DNA of 53,581 nt from a bacterium (GTDB taxonomy: Bacteria > Verrucomicrobiota > Kiritimatiellia > CAIKKV01 > CAITUY01), in the NCBI GenBank assembly GCA_037134355.1, contig JBAXMJ010000005.1, positions 1 to 53,581 on the forward strand, written 5' to 3'. Both the position numbers and the translations under genes were made by a program. The notes beneath the pieces were generated by a model that was given only the letters and a program-made list of their open reading frames with translations, was not told the DNA's origin and searched no databases. This document shows, piece after piece, positions 28,004 through 38,057 of this stretch (position 1 is its first letter; every line of letters begins with the position of its first letter).

Positions 28004-28539
28004 CCTTCACGCCGGACACCGTCTACGCTCTGATTGCCGCCGTGCTGTTCGCCGGATTTGCTGCCGTCACCCTACTGGGAGCCATCATGGCAGTTGCCGC
28101 CCGCAGCCTGGTTCGCAATGTTACCGGTCTGGCTCTCTCCTTCCTGGGACTTGCCGGTCTCTACTATTTCCTGCACAGCCCCTTCCTGGCGCTGATGCAA
28201 ATCCTGATCTATGTCGGCGCCATCTGCGTGACCATCATGTTCGCCATGATGCTGGCGGAGCTGCATGAGGAAACACGGTCGTGGTTTATGACCATCCTCA
28301 CGGGGGTGGGAAGTTTCGTCGCGGCCTGCGCGTTCGCCGTTCCCCTGATTCTCCTGGTGCGCCGCTCCTCCTGGATGCCCGCTCCCGCCGCGCAGGTGAA
28401 TATCGGCTCCATCGAGGATCTGGGGCGGGCATTGTTGACCCGGTATGGCTTTGCCTTTGAATTGATATCCGTCGTGTTGCTTCTGGCGATTCTCGGAGCT
28501 CTGGCAGTGGCACGTTCCGGAAGGAAACCAAACTCATGA
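28000..28539 (+). CDS. nuoJ: Complex I subunit J (GTG start at 28000)
   Basis: QILIYVGAI, FELIS..LL.A..GA; GTGA overlap with nuoI. Confidence 0.92.
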   Translation: MTFTPDTVYALIAAVLFAGFAAVTLLGAIMAVAARSLVRNVTGLALSFLGLAGLYYFLHSPFLALMQILIYVGAICVTIMFAMMLAELHEETRSWFMTILTGVGSFVAACAFAVPLILLVRRSSWMPAPAAQVNIGSIEDLGRALLTRYGFAFELISVVLLLAILGALAVARSGRKPNS

Positions 28540-28862
28540 ATTTCATACACTTGAGCGAACAACTGAACGTTTACCTGATGATCGGCGCCCTGCTTTTCGC
28601 AATCGGCATTTTTGGCTTTCTGCGACACCGCACGCTGGTGGGCATGCTGATTTCCGGCGAATTGATCCTCGCGGGAGCCTCGCTTAACTTCATGGCATTC
28701 GGCCATTTCCGCGCCGCCGATCCCATCACCGGCCAGGCCTTCACATTGTTCATCATCGGCATTGCCGCGGCCGAGGCCGCCATTGCGCTGAGCATCATGA
28801 TCGCGGTCTACCGGAATTACCGATCCATTGAAACAAGGGACCTGAAAGAGATGGAAGGCTGA
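28536..28862 (+). CDS. nuoK: Complex I subunit K
   Basis: LF.IG..G, EL.L....LN, GQ.F.LF...AAAEAA. Confidence 0.95.
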   Translation: MNFIHLSEQLNVYLMIGALLFAIGIFGFLRHRTLVGMLISGELILAGASLNFMAFGHFRAADPITGQAFTLFIIGIAAAEAAIALSIMIAVYRNYRSIETRDLKEMEG

Positions 28863-28867
28863 CACGT

Positions 28868-30346
28868 ATGCCCGTTCCCACTGAATCCCCCCTTCTGATC
28901 GCCGCGCTGCTGGCTCCGCTGACCGGCGCGGTTCTGGTCATGCTGAACAAGCGGCGTCCCAACGTTCGCGAGAGCTGCTCCTTCCTGGCCGCGGTCGTGC
29001 TCTTTGGTCTCGTGGGCGCCATGCTTAAGCCGATTCTGGCAGGACAGACCCTCGTCTATCATCTTTTCACGCTTCTGCCCGGAGTGAGTGTAACCCTCAG
29101 GGCTGATTCCTTCTCGATGGTTTTCGCCCTGGTGGCCTCGTTCCTGTGGATCATCACCGTCTTCTACTCCATGGGATACATGCGGGGACTCAAGGAACAT
29201 GCCCAGACCCGTTTCAATGCCTGTTTTGCTCTCGCCCTGTTTGGCGCCATCGGGTGCGCGTTTTCGGACAACCTGTTCACGCTCTATCTGTTTTATGAAG
29301 TCGTGAGCATCACCACCTATCCGCTGGTGGCACACCATCAGGACCAGGAAGGTTACGAGGGCGCGCGAAAATATCTGGTGTACCTCACGGCCACCGCCAA
29401 GGGGCTTGTCCTGCCAGCGATGATCTTGACCTATGTCCTGTGCGGAACCCTTGATTTCTCAAACAACATGCACAGCGGCATCTTCCCGACCGGCACCAAC
29501 CGGGTTCTGGTCACCATCACCTATGTGTGCATGGTTCTCGGCTTCGCCAAGAACGGCATCATGCCTTTCCACGGCTGGCTCCCGGGCGCCATGGTGGCCC
29601 CTACCCCCGTCAGCGCCCTGCTGCATGCCGTGGCCGTTGTCAAAGTCGGCGTCTTCGCGACCACGCGAGTCATGCTCTATGTGTTCGGCGTGAACACGAT
29701 GGACGCCTTCAACCTGGGCATCCCGACGGCCTATTTCGTTTCGTTCACCATCCTGGCCGCGTCGTTGATCGCCCTGAGCAAGGACAACCTGAAGGCGCGA
29801 CTGGCCTATTCAACGGTCAGCCAGCTCTCTTATGTCATTCTGGGCGTTGCGCTTCTCACGCCGGCGGGCATTGAGGGCGGCATCGTTCACATCGCGAACC
29901 ATGCATTCGCGAAGATCACGCTCTTCTTCTGCGCCGGAGCGATTTACGTGGCCTCGCACCGCAAGAACATTTCCGAAATGAAGGGACTGGGCCGCGCCAT
30001 GCCCTGGACCTTTGCCGCCTTCGCCATCGCCTCGTTGAGCATGATCGGGGCTCCGCCCGTGGGAGGATTCATCACCAAGTGGTATCTACTGGTGGGCGCA
30101 ATCAACGCACAGCAATTGGGAATCGTGATCGTTCTCCTGACCAGCACAATACTCAATGTAGCCTATTTCGCACCGGTCGTTTACCAGGCCTATTTCGGAA
30201 CCCCGCCCGCCGGTGACTCACATAAGGGAGTCAAGGAAGCCGCTCCCGCCATGCTGGTTCCGATCCTCATTGCGGCAACGATTTCAATTGTCGTAGGCGT
30301 CTATCCCGACTTTTTCATCACCCTCATCAAGGGAGCGCTCCTATGA
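28868..30346 (+). CDS. Antiporter-like subunit 1 (MrpD-family size, NuoL/MrpA-type motif, no lateral helix)
   Basis: 492 aa; WLPGAMVAPTPVSALLHA..VVK.G, RLAYSTVSQL, NHAFAK; ends after the membrane core. Confidence 0.9.
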   Translation: MPVPTESPLLIAALLAPLTGAVLVMLNKRRPNVRESCSFLAAVVLFGLVGAMLKPILAGQTLVYHLFTLLPGVSVTLRADSFSMVFALVASFLWIITVFYSMGYMRGLKEHAQTRFNACFALALFGAIGCAFSDNLFTLYLFYEVVSITTYPLVAHHQDQEGYEGARKYLVYLTATAKGLVLPAMILTYVLCGTLDFSNNMHSGIFPTGTNRVLVTITYVCMVLGFAKNGIMPFHGWLPGAMVAPTPVSALLHAVAVVKVGVFATTRVMLYVFGVNTMDAFNLGIPTAYFVSFTILAASLIALSKDNLKARLAYSTVSQLSYVILGVALLTPAGIEGGIVHIANHAFAKITLFFCAGAIYVASHRKNISEMKGLGRAMPWTFAAFAIASLSMIGAPPVGGFITKWYLLVGAINAQQLGIVIVLLTSTILNVAYFAPVVYQAYFGTPPAGDSHKGVKEAAPAMLVPILIAATISIVVGVYPDFFITLIKGALL

Positions 30347-30600
30347 TCATTATTGCCCTCATTGAGTTCCTGAAAAAACACCTCAGGCTGGTGATCTGGA
30401 TCTGCGCGATTCTCCTGGCCTTGCTGGTTGTGGGAGATTTCTTTCTGGTGGACAAGGAACACGCCCATACCCCGCCGGAGCACTGGCTTGGGTTCTGGTC
30501 AGGTTTCGGATTCATCGCCTGTCTGCTCATTATCTTCGTCTCCAAGTGGTATGGACACCTCGGCATCATGAAACGTGAGGATTATTATGGCGATGAGTGA
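30343..30600 (+). CDS. Small two-TM membrane protein of the kind found in Mrp-type clusters
   Basis: 85 aa; GF.S.FGF.AC......SK......R.EDYY; overlaps both neighbours. Confidence 0.85.
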   Translation: MIIIALIEFLKKHLRLVIWICAILLALLVVGDFFLVDKEHAHTPPEHWLGFWSGFGFIACLLIIFVSKWYGHLGIMKREDYYGDE

Positions 30601-32380
30601 GCTCTGGATCCATCCTTCCGTAATCCTTCTGGTAGGCGCACTACTGGTTCCGTTTGTCCGTGGCAAGGCGCGAAACGCCTTGTTGCTCGGGATTCCGCTG
30701 CTGGCCTTTGCGCGTATTGCTAGCCTTGCCCACGGAACCTTCGGCACGGTTCAGTTCCTGGACTTGACGCTGACCTTCGGGCGAGTGGACAGACTGAGCC
30801 AGGTGTTCGGCTACATCATGGGGCTCATGTGCGTCCTGGGCAGCCTTTACGGAATGCACGTCAAACGGGCCGCCGACCATTCAGCCGCCTGGTGTTATGT
30901 GGCCGGTTCGCTGGGCGTGATCTATGCGGGAGATTACCTGGTCCTGTTCCTGTTCTGGGAGCTGATGGCGTTTTCCTCGGTCTTCCTGATCTGGTTGCGG
31001 GGAAGCAAAACCTCCCAGGGAACGGGTTATCGCTACCTGATGGTTCACGTGGTGGGCGGACTCTGCCTTTTGGGTGGCATTATTCTCCGGTATCAGGCAA
31101 CTGGCGGAGACTATTCCTTCGGATTAGTTGATGTGGCCCATCCGGATCTCTCCACCTGGCTGATCCTCATCGGGTTTCTCCTGAACGCCGCCGTGCCGCC
31201 CTTCCATGGATGGTTGCCGGATGCCTACAGCGGAGCCACAGTCACCGGCTCGGTATTTCTTTGCGCCTTCACGACCAAAACGGCCATCTATGCCCTGTGC
31301 CGCGGGTTTGCCGGAATGGAAATTCTCCTGCCTCTCGGGGTCATCATGGCCATCTACGGCGTGGTCTACGCCGTGCTGGAAAACGATTCACGAAAACTTC
31401 TCGCCTATCACATCATCAGCCAGGTCGGCTACATGGTGGCAGGGGTCGGCATCGGAACCCAAATGGCCATCAACGGGGCCTGCGCCCATGCCTTCGCGCA
31501 CATTCTTTACAAAGGTCTGCTCTTCATGGGAACAGGTTCCGTGCTGATGATGACCGGGAAGAGCAAGTTCACCGAGCTGGGCGGCCTTTACAAAAAAATG
31601 CCCTGGGCCTTTGCCTTCACCCTGATCGGCGGCTTATCCATCTCGGCCTTCCCGCTCTTCAGCGGATTCGTCAGCAAATCCATGATCGTGTCGGCGGGAT
31701 TTGAGGAACACAAAAACACGTGGGCATTCCTGTTGATGCTCGCCTCGGCGGGAACGTTCCTCCATACCGGACTGAAGGTGCCGTACTTCATCTGGTTCGG
31801 GAAGAACAACTGCAGCAAGGAAACCTGGGATCTTGCGAAGGATCCCCCGTGGAATATGATCGCAGCCATGGCGATCATGTCCTTCTTCTGCATTTTCATC
31901 GGCTGCTATACGCCCTATCTTTACCAGATGCTGCCCAATCAGCCGGTGGATTATCATCCCTATACGGCCTACCATGTTTCCGAAACGCTCCAGATCCTGC
32001 TCTTCACCGCCGTGGGCTTTTTCCTGTTTGTGAAGAAACTGGTCCCCACCCCCACCATCAGCCTGGATGTGGACTGGCTCTATCGCATGAGCGGACGGGC
32101 AGTCCGATGGATCGCCACCAAGCCGCTGCAGGCGGTTGATACCTGGGTGAGTGAAGGGTACCGCGTCTTCGGCCTGGTCTGGCTGGTCATATCGGCCAAG
32201 GCGTCCGCCGCATTCGACTGGAATGTGATTGATGGCGTGGTGGACGGCCTGGCCCGAACGGTACGAAGTTCCGGCGACCGCATCCGGCATCTTCAGACAG
32301 CGCAATTGCAGGTCAATCTATTCAGCGCCGTGGCCATGATGGTCGTGCTGTTAATCTTCGTGATGGTCAGCTTGAGGTAA
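30587..32380 (+). CDS. Antiporter-like subunit 2 (MrpD-like core) with a NuoL-like C-terminal lateral helix
   Basis: LNAAVPP.HGWLPDAY, FTTKT, LAYHIISQVGYM; tail D..VIDGVVDG......G..IR.LQT..LQ followed by one TM segment. Confidence 0.88.
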   Translation: MAMSELWIHPSVILLVGALLVPFVRGKARNALLLGIPLLAFARIASLAHGTFGTVQFLDLTLTFGRVDRLSQVFGYIMGLMCVLGSLYGMHVKRAADHSAAWCYVAGSLGVIYAGDYLVLFLFWELMAFSSVFLIWLRGSKTSQGTGYRYLMVHVVGGLCLLGGIILRYQATGGDYSFGLVDVAHPDLSTWLILIGFLLNAAVPPFHGWLPDAYSGATVTGSVFLCAFTTKTAIYALCRGFAGMEILLPLGVIMAIYGVVYAVLENDSRKLLAYHIISQVGYMVAGVGIGTQMAINGACAHAFAHILYKGLLFMGTGSVLMMTGKSKFTELGGLYKKMPWAFAFTLIGGLSISAFPLFSGFVSKSMIVSAGFEEHKNTWAFLLMLASAGTFLHTGLKVPYFIWFGKNNCSKETWDLAKDPPWNMIAAMAIMSFFCIFIGCYTPYLYQMLPNQPVDYHPYTAYHVSETLQILLFTAVGFFLFVKKLVPTPTISLDVDWLYRMSGRAVRWIATKPLQAVDTWVSEGYRVFGLVWLVISAKASAAFDWNVIDGVVDGLARTVRSSGDRIRHLQTAQLQVNLFSAVAMMVVLLIFVMVSLR

Positions 32381-32383
32381 AGT

Positions 32384-33880
32384 ATGGATGTCTTTCTTTT
32401 TAATGGTTCGTGGCCGCTCCTGAGCGTCCTGATTTTTCTACCTCTGGCAGGCGCCTGCCTTCTGCCGTTGATGAGGGGAGCCCGGGCCGCCAAGATCTGG
32501 GTTTTGGGCGTGACGCTCGTCAACGCCGCACTTTCGCTCAAGCTCTACACCGGCTTTGATCTCTCGACCGCCCAATACCAGTTTGCCGAGACAGCCCGAT
32601 GGATCCCCTCGTTGAACATCTGCTACACATTGGGGGTCGACGGAATCAGTCTGCTTCTGGTGATCATGACCACCCTCTTGATGCCCCTGTGCGTGCTGTG
32701 CTCGTGGAATGCGATCGGAACGCGCGTCAAGGAGTTCCTTGCGTGCATCCTGGTAATGGAAACCTCGATGCTCGGAGTCTTCCTGTCGCTTGATTTTGTG
32801 CTGTTCTATATTTTCTGGGAAGCAATGCTGATTCCAATGTTCCTGCTGATCGGCGTCTGGGGCGGGCCACGAAAAATCTACGCCTCAGTTAAGTTTTTCC
32901 TCTACACGCTGGCGGGGTCGGTACTGTTGCCGGTGGCCATCATCGCGCTCTACCTGCACAGCGCGCCGCACACCTTTTCGATCCCGGCCCTAATGGGTCT
33001 GCCGCTCGCCGCCTCGCTCCAGAAGTGGCTGTTCCTGGCGTTTTTCATCGGGTTCGCCATCAAGGTTCCGATGTTCCCGTTCCATACGTGGCTTCCGGCG
33101 GCCCACGTGGAAGCCCCGACGGCGGGTAGCGTGCTCCTGGCCAGTGTGCTCCTCAAGATGGGAACCTACGGGTTTCTCCGGTTCTGTCTCCCCATCACCC
33201 CGCTGGGCGTCGAGGCGTTCGCGCCGGTCGTCATCGGGCTGTCGATCGTCGGAATTATCTACGGCGGTCTCACGGCGCTGGCCCAGACAGACATGAAGCG
33301 CCTGGTGGCCTATTCCAGCGTCGCTCACATGGGCTTTGTCACCCTTGGAATCTTTGTCCTGAACACCAACGGGGTTGAAGGCGCCATGCTCCAGATGATT
33401 AACCACGGGATCACCACCGGCGCTCTTTTCCTGTGCGTCGGCATGATTTACGAACGCACCCACAGTCGGGAATTAGCGAACGCAACAGGCATCGGAAAAG
33501 TCATGCCGATCTATGTCACCGCCCTGGCCGTATTCAGCCTTTCCTCTCTGGCCTTTCCCGGCACCAACAGTTTTATCGGCGAGTTCCTGGTGCTTGCCGG
33601 GACATTTGCCTTTTCCGGTAAGATTGCCATGCTGGCCATCCCGGGCGTAGTTCTGGGCGCCGCCTATATGCTGCGCATGATCCAGCGCATCATCTGGGGT
33701 GGGGTTTCAAACCCCGACACCTCCGCGCTTAAGGATTTGAACACGAGGGAAATCATCACTCTTGCACCGTTGCTGGTCCTCGTTCTGTGGATCGGCCTGG
33801 CGCCCACGGGGTTTATGGACACATTCCACGCCAGTGTCGCCCACCTGCTCCAACAATTTCATACGGGACTTAAACTCTAG
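32384..33880 (+). CDS. nuoM: Complex I subunit M
   Basis: GVDGIS, FWEAMLIPM, IKVP.FP.HTWLP.AHVEAPT.GS..LA..LLKMG.YG. Confidence 0.95.
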   Translation: MDVFLFNGSWPLLSVLIFLPLAGACLLPLMRGARAAKIWVLGVTLVNAALSLKLYTGFDLSTAQYQFAETARWIPSLNICYTLGVDGISLLLVIMTTLLMPLCVLCSWNAIGTRVKEFLACILVMETSMLGVFLSLDFVLFYIFWEAMLIPMFLLIGVWGGPRKIYASVKFFLYTLAGSVLLPVAIIALYLHSAPHTFSIPALMGLPLAASLQKWLFLAFFIGFAIKVPMFPFHTWLPAAHVEAPTAGSVLLASVLLKMGTYGFLRFCLPITPLGVEAFAPVVIGLSIVGIIYGGLTALAQTDMKRLVAYSSVAHMGFVTLGIFVLNTNGVEGAMLQMINHGITTGALFLCVGMIYERTHSRELANATGIGKVMPIYVTALAVFSLSSLAFPGTNSFIGEFLVLAGTFAFSGKIAMLAIPGVVLGAAYMLRMIQRIIWGGVSNPDTSALKDLNTREIITLAPLLVLVLWIGLAPTGFMDTFHASVAHLLQQFHTGLKL

Positions 33881-33898
33881 ACCGGGAAGCAATTCACC

Positions 33899-35323
33899 AT
33901 GATTCTGAAACTGTTTTCGCCTGAACTTGTAGTCATTCTCGGCAGTCTGATCGTCTTCACGGTCAGCCTCGGCCAGGGACGGGCAAGACTGGCCGCCGCC
34001 GTCACGACCGTCACCGCACTGCTGGCATTGGCCCTGAGCCTGGTTTCGCTTGCCTGGCACGGGGAACTCTTCCAGCACGCCCTGCGGATCGACCTGTATT
34101 CCCAATTGTTCAAGGTGTTTATTTTGCTGGGTCTGGCCGGGGTGGCCATTTTCGGAAACCTGCTCAAGGATATCCGCGACGATGTCCGGCCTGAGTATTT
34201 CCTGTTTCTGCTGCTGGGCACGTTGGGGATGATGATTCTGGTGAGCAGTATTGAGCTGATCACCTTATTTGTCGCCCTGGAACTGGCCTCCTACGCCCTT
34301 TTCCTTCTTGTGCCGTTGCGCCAGGAACGGCCCGGCCTTCGCATCCAGATGGAGTCCGCGGCCAAATATGTGATGTTTGGAATTGTGGCGACGGGCATCA
34401 TGTTGTTTGGCATGAGCTATATTTTCGGACTGACCGGATCCACCTATTTCCATGATATTGCCCCCGCTCTCCTGCAACGCTGGAACGATCCATCCGCCAT
34501 CGTCGGAATTCTTCTTGTTCTCGGGGGACTTTTATTCAAGTTGGCGGCGTTCCCCATGCACCTGTGGGCGCCGGATGTCTACCAGGGAGCTTCCAATGAA
34601 ACGACGGCCTTCATCGCCGGAGTTCCCAAGGCCGCCGTGATGGCGGTGATGATCCGATTTTTATTGTGTGCGAATCCCTCCGACCATGTCCTGGCTGCGG
34701 TACTCACCGTAGTCGCGATTGCCTCGATGGGCTTTGGAAATCTGGCGGCGCTTGCTCAAAAAGACATCAAGCGTATGCTCGCCTATTCCAGCATTGCCCA
34801 TGCCGGGTATGTACTGCTGGGCCTGGTCACTTTGCGCAACACCGGTTACGCGGCGTCGATCTTCTATATCCTCGGGTTTGTGGTCATGAGTCTGGCGGCA
34901 TTCCTGGTCATCTGCCTCGTATCCCGCACCGGAGAGAATGTGCTGATTGACGATCTTTCCGGACTGCATTCCCGTTCGCCCCTGGCAGCCTTGATCCTGG
35001 GCGTCAGCATGTTTGCGCTCGCCGGGATCCCGCCCTTTGCAGGATTCATGGGCAAGTTCTTCCTCTTGACCGAAGCACTCCGGAGCGGCCTGATCATGCT
35101 GGTGATCGTGGCGGCGGTGAATACCGCCATCGGCATCTACTACTACCTGACCGTTGTGCGGGTCATGTATTTCTCCGGAGCCGGCACTCGCCAACCCGTC
35201 AGGTTGGGAACTATCAATTCTGCATTGGGTCTGGTGCTGCTGGTCATTGTTGTGCTGCTGGGCGTCATGCCCTCCTTCCTGCTGGACCTCGCCCTCACCG
35301 CTGTCCGCGCCACAGCGCGATAA
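33899..35323 (+). CDS. nuoN: Complex I subunit N
   Basis: E.A.KY, FKLAAFP.HLWAPDVYQGA, KRMLAYSSIAHAGY, AGIPP..GF.GK. Confidence 0.95.
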   Translation: MILKLFSPELVVILGSLIVFTVSLGQGRARLAAAVTTVTALLALALSLVSLAWHGELFQHALRIDLYSQLFKVFILLGLAGVAIFGNLLKDIRDDVRPEYFLFLLLGTLGMMILVSSIELITLFVALELASYALFLLVPLRQERPGLRIQMESAAKYVMFGIVATGIMLFGMSYIFGLTGSTYFHDIAPALLQRWNDPSAIVGILLVLGGLLFKLAAFPMHLWAPDVYQGASNETTAFIAGVPKAAVMAVMIRFLLCANPSDHVLAAVLTVVAIASMGFGNLAALAQKDIKRMLAYSSIAHAGYVLLGLVTLRNTGYAASIFYILGFVVMSLAAFLVICLVSRTGENVLIDDLSGLHSRSPLAALILGVSMFALAGIPPFAGFMGKFFLLTEALRSGLIMLVIVAAVNTAIGIYYYLTVVRVMYFSGAGTRQPVRLGTINSALGLVLLVIVVLLGVMPSFLLDLALTAVRATAR

Positions 35324-35398
35324 CAGCACATCTCATCGAATCCCGAACCCTATAGGGGATTGTTGCGTTACCGGTCCGAACGACGTACTATTCCTGCT

Positions 35399-36889
35399 AT
35401 GGAACGTGCCGATGCCGAACTGATGTGCGAACTCCTGCCCACCCGGCCCCAACCGGAAATCGGCAAAGTCCTGGTCACGGGGGCAACCGGCTACATCGGT
35501 GGGCAACTGGTTCCTGCGCTCCTCACCCGGGGTTACTCGGTTCGCATCATGGTTCGCGCCCCCTCCCCTGAACTCGCCCATCGCTGGAAAAACACCGAGA
35601 TTGTTGTCGCGGATGCACAGAACCTCGACCAGGTTGAGATGGCGATGGAGGGCATTGATACGGCGTATTTTCTGATCCATTCGCTTCTGCTCGGTCCGGA
35701 AAAACTCGAACGCGTTGAAATCAAGGTGGCGGAGAATTTTCGTACCGCTGCCGCAAACAAAGGAGTCCGCCGCCTTATCTATCTGGGAGGACTCGGCGAT
35801 GAACAGGGCGGACACTCCACGCACCTCCGAAGCCGGATGGCCGTGGGAGCGGCACTGCAACAGGGCCCGGTGCCCGTCACCATACTGAGGGCCGCCATCA
35901 TCATTGGCGCCGGCAGCGCGTCCTATGAGATTCTCCACAATCTGGTCAGGAAATTGCCGATCATTCCCATTCCTTCCTGGGCTCGCACCCGATGCCAACC
36001 CATCAGTATCCATGATGTCATCCTGCTCCTGGTCGGCGTTCTTGAGACGCCGGAGACCGTTGGACATTCCTTCGATATCGGGGGCCCCGACATCCTCAGC
36101 TACGAGGATATGATCCGGTCGATGGCCGCCATTCTTGGGCGGAGACGCTGGTTTCCCATTTCTCCGCCCTTGCCCATCAAACTTACATCGTACGTTATCA
36201 GTCTGCTGACACCGGTACCCCTCGCCATCACCTGGTGCCTGATGGAGGGCGTCGTCAACGAGGTGGTTTGTCGTAAGAATCGCATACTGGAGCTGATTCC
36301 CTTCACTCCGATGACGTACCGGAACGCCGTCATGATGGCCATGACGCGGGAAGAACAGGATCGGATTCATACGCGTTGGTCAGACGCCTATCCGCCGGCC
36401 TGGGAACTGGCGATTAAACTGAACGAGCTCGGTACCGCTCCCCGCTACACCACGGAGTATTCCCTCAAGACAGCCAAAAGCCCGACCGTCCTCTTTGAAT
36501 CCATCTGCCGGATCGGGGGCGATGAGGGGTGGTTCAATTCAAACTGGCTCTGGCGGCTCAGAGGGTTACTGGACCGGATGCTCATGGGGGTCGGAACCTC
36601 CCGTGGCCGCCGGAACCAGACTCAACTGCGGATTAATGATGTGGTCGATTTCTGGCGGGTGGAACAACTCCAGCCCGATGCGATGCTGCTCCTGCGTGCG
36701 GAAATGAAATTACCCGGTCTGGCCTGGTTACGATTCACGATTGAACCGGGCGATCACGGGAACCGCCTCGGGGTCAAGGCATTCTTCCACACCGACCGAG
36801 TTTGGGGGAAACTCTACTGGTATGCGTGTCTTCCGTTCCATCATTTCATTTTTAATGATTTGATCCTGCAGATCGAAAAACGCAGTTAA
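35399..36889 (+). CDS. Atypical SDR / NAD(P)-binding oxidoreductase with C-terminal DUF2867-like domain
   Basis: VLVTGATGYIG, IYLGGLG, HL.SR, G.GS.S.E; C-terminal GG..GW...WLW.LRG..D, DFWRVE, AEMKLPG.AWL. Confidence 0.88.
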   Translation: MERADAELMCELLPTRPQPEIGKVLVTGATGYIGGQLVPALLTRGYSVRIMVRAPSPELAHRWKNTEIVVADAQNLDQVEMAMEGIDTAYFLIHSLLLGPEKLERVEIKVAENFRTAAANKGVRRLIYLGGLGDEQGGHSTHLRSRMAVGAALQQGPVPVTILRAAIIIGAGSASYEILHNLVRKLPIIPIPSWARTRCQPISIHDVILLLVGVLETPETVGHSFDIGGPDILSYEDMIRSMAAILGRRRWFPISPPLPIKLTSYVISLLTPVPLAITWCLMEGVVNEVVCRKNRILELIPFTPMTYRNAVMMAMTREEQDRIHTRWSDAYPPAWELAIKLNELGTAPRYTTEYSLKTAKSPTVLFESICRIGGDEGWFNSNWLWRLRGLLDRMLMGVGTSRGRRNQTQLRINDVVDFWRVEQLQPDAMLLLRAEMKLPGLAWLRFTIEPGDHGNRLGVKAFFHTDRVWGKLYWYACLPFHHFIFNDLILQIEKRS

Positions 36890-36893
36890 CCGG

Positions 36894-37814
36894 TCACCCG
36901 GCGGAAGCCGTCAATCCCGCGGAGAAGCCCTTCACGAATTTATCGATCGAGGGGGAAAACTCCTGCTTCATAAATTCACGCCAGGCCGCCTGTACCGGCG
37001 GGAATCCCTCGAGAAGTGCATCGGCCTTTGCGCACAGTTCCCCGATATAGACCACTGGGTCCGCCGGGGCTCCGGCACGGTCGAATTTCCATCCCGATGC
37101 CGCCGTAACCTTGGGTTTTAAGGCGTCACGTCCAAGCGACTTGTCCGAAGACGCCTGATCACCATACCCGTCAAACAAATCATCTGCCAACTGGTAGGCC
37201 GTCCCGGCCAGATAGCCGCATTCCCGCAAAATGGGGCCCAGTTCAGGCGATTGGCTTCCCGCCAGATATCCGACAAAGGCGAATAGCGATCCGGTTTTCC
37301 GCCGGGCAAGAGAGACGGAAAGCGGCCAGTCTGGCGTTTCGCGCCGGACCAGCTCCTGCTCGACTTCAGCCTCACACATTTCCCTGGAGCGATTGACGAA
37401 CTCGGGAATCAACTCGCGTGATTCTGATTTCATAATCAGGGAGAACGCCAGGCACACCATCAAGTCGCCAACCAGAACGGACCCGGAGGTTCCACGACTG
37501 ATCCAGAACGCGGGCGAGCCCCGTCGCATGTCGGCCCCGTCAATCACATCATCGTGAAGCAGGCTGGCCGCATGCAGCATTTCGATAGCGGCCGCCCCGC
37601 ACGTAAGAGTCTGACGGGGAACGCCCGCTGCAGTGCCGATCCGTAATGCTAACCGGCTTCGAAGCATTTTCCCCCCGTAAAGGGAGCCGGACACCTGATT
37701 GAGCAAGGGCTTGAGGCTTGTTCCCTCCAATACATCCCGGATCGTCTCTTTTACATCGGCAACATATTGTTCAACATCCACAGCCATTTCCTTCGTTAAA
37801 GTTCGAGCGTGCAC
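36894..37814 (-). CDS. Polyprenyl diphosphate synthase family protein
   Basis: GKMLR, EMLH.ASLLHDDVID...RRG, KTGSLF, YQLADD..D. Confidence 0.92.
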   Translation of the reverse strand: MHARTLTKEMAVDVEQYVADVKETIRDVLEGTSLKPLLNQVSGSLYGGKMLRSRLALRIGTAAGVPRQTLTCGAAAIEMLHAASLLHDDVIDGADMRRGSPAFWISRGTSGSVLVGDLMVCLAFSLIMKSESRELIPEFVNRSREMCEAEVEQELVRRETPDWPLSVSLARRKTGSLFAFVGYLAGSQSPELGPILRECGYLAGTAYQLADDLFDGYGDQASSDKSLGRDALKPKVTAASGWKFDRAGAPADPVVYIGELCAKADALLEGFPPVQAAWREFMKQEFSPSIDKFVKGFSAGLTASAG

Positions 37815-37841
37815 CGTGTCACTTTCCTCACACGGGCGGGG

Positions 37842-37870
37842 ATTATAGTCAGCCCCCCTCTTCTGCGCAA
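37842..37870 (-). promoter_or_regulatory. Sigma70 promoter of the polyprenyl synthase gene
   Basis: TTGCGC-17 bp-TATAAT on the minus strand. Confidence 0.65.
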
Positions 37871-38057
37871 TAACACAAATACTCTACGGGGCAGAAGAAG
37901 GGCGAATGACTTAAGTGTTGACTTTAAAAAACAAACGCACCATAAAGTTCGCGTTTTTTGACCGGAGGTTCTCAGAATCTCTACGGCTCGGGTTCTATTC
38001 CTAAAGAATCCGACGAGCGGGCAGTTTTTTTGTCCAACAATTGGGAGTGCGACTATT

